NCBI GenBank assembly: GCA_965202625.1
Contig: CBDBBI010000010.1
Span: 1,952,001 to 2,016,000 of the forward strand
Direction of reading: 5' to 3'
From: a bacterium
Lineage (GTDB): Bacteria; UBA8248
DNA length: 64,000 nucleotides
The notes below the pieces were generated by a model, which saw nothing but the letters and a program-made list of their open reading frames with translations, was not told the DNA's origin and did no database searches. Shown one piece after another: positions 63,101 to 64,000 of this stretch; position 1 is the first letter of the stretch; each line of letters begins with the position of its first letter. A program made the translations under genes and the position numbers.

Positions 63101-64000
63101 TTGGGTTCTCCGTATGACGTTGTTGTCGTAGGCGGCGGACATGCCGGATGCGAGGCGGCCTTGGCCGCCGCGCGCATGGGTGCTCGAACCATGATGCTCA
63201 CGATGAACCTTGATACCGTAGGTCTGATGTCGTGTAATCCCGCAATCGGCGGGCTGGCCAAGGGTGTTTTGGTTCGAGAGGTGGATGCCCTCGGCGGCGA
63301 GATGGCGCGCGCCATAGACGCCACGGGGATTCAATTTAGAATGCTAAACACGAAAAAAGGCCCGGCCGTGCAAGCCTTGCGCGCCCAGGCGGACAAGCAG
63401 AGATACCGTGCCTACATGAAAAATGCGGTGGAAAGCCAGAAAAACCTCCACCTCAAGCAGGGCATGACGCAGAGGCTCCTGGTGAAGAACAGGGTGATAT
63501 CCGGTCTGCAGGATCATTTCGGGGAAGTTCACGCGGCCAGGGCGGTCATTCTGACGCCGGGCACTTTCGCACGCGGGCTCCTTCATTATGGTGACAAAAA
63601 GGTAAGGGGCGGGCGCGCCGGAGAGGGTGCAGCGAACGAGCTGACCGAACAACTCATTGCATTCGGCTTTGCCCTTGGGCGCATGAAGACGGGAACGCCC
63701 CCGAGGGTGGACTCTAAATCCATTGATTTTCAAATGCTTAGCGCTCAGCCCGGAGATGATCCCCCCATTCCGTTTTCTTACCGCACCCCCGCTATCGAGC
63801 AGGAGCAGACGCCTTGTTGGATCACCTATACCAACTCCGGAACCCACGCCGTAATTCGTGAGAACATCGAGCACGCACCGATGTACAACGGCCAAATTAA
63901 CGCTGTAGGCGTTCGGTATTGCCCGAGTATCGAAGATAAGATCATGCGATTCGAGAGCAAGAAAGAACACCAGATATTCCTGGAGCCGGAAGGACGAGAG
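63101..64000 (+). CDS. mnmG: tRNA uridine-5-carboxymethylaminomethyl modification enzyme (3'-truncated by window edge)
   Basis: YDVVVVGGGHAGCEAALAAARMG, MSCNPAIGG, KGPAV, KTGTPPR, RYCPSIEDK. Confidence 0.97.
   Translation, partial: MGSPYDVVVVGGGHAGCEAALAAARMGARTMMLTMNLDTVGLMSCNPAIGGLAKGVLVREVDALGGEMARAIDATGIQFRMLNTKKGPAVQALRAQADKQRYRAYMKNAVESQKNLHLKQGMTQRLLVKNRVISGLQDHFGEVHAARAVILTPGTFARGLLHYGDKKVRGGRAGEGAANELTEQLIAFGFALGRMKTGTPPRVDSKSIDFQMLSAQPGDDPPIPFSYRTPAIEQEQTPCWITYTNSGTHAVIRENIEHAPMYNGQINAVGVRYCPSIEDKIMRFESKKEHQIFLEPEGRE

Overview
GC-rich bacterial chromosome segment that spans the replication origin. Left arm, mostly minus strand: split atp operon (b'-b-delta-alpha), two secreted ankyrin-repeat lipoprotein genes, nrnA-pncB-nuoI-trxB, prpD-like, nfo, engB, DUF1015, catabolic genes, an iscSUA-hscBA-fdx-iscX operon, mutY, truD, and gyrA-gyrB-recF-oriC-dnaA with no dnaN. 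Right arm, mostly plus strand: rpmH-rnpA-yidD-yidC, an ~8.8 kb insert, then mnmE-mnmG. Features the ORF track missed: (1) two probable selenoproteins, a UxxC glutaredoxin-like protein and an exported WUxxC thioredoxin, each with an in-frame TGA at the catalytic Cys position followed by a SECIS-like hairpin with an AGUU loop; (2) a soluble protein fusing a FliG C-terminal domain to two TM-less MotA-like cytoplasmic modules; (3) a heavily decayed iscR whose operator is still intact; (4) a DnaA-box/DnaA-trio unwinding element where dnaN normally sits. The ankyrin array and several gene relics suggest a host-associated organism such as a sponge symbiont (inference only). All family assignments come from motif recognition by eye, not database searches.
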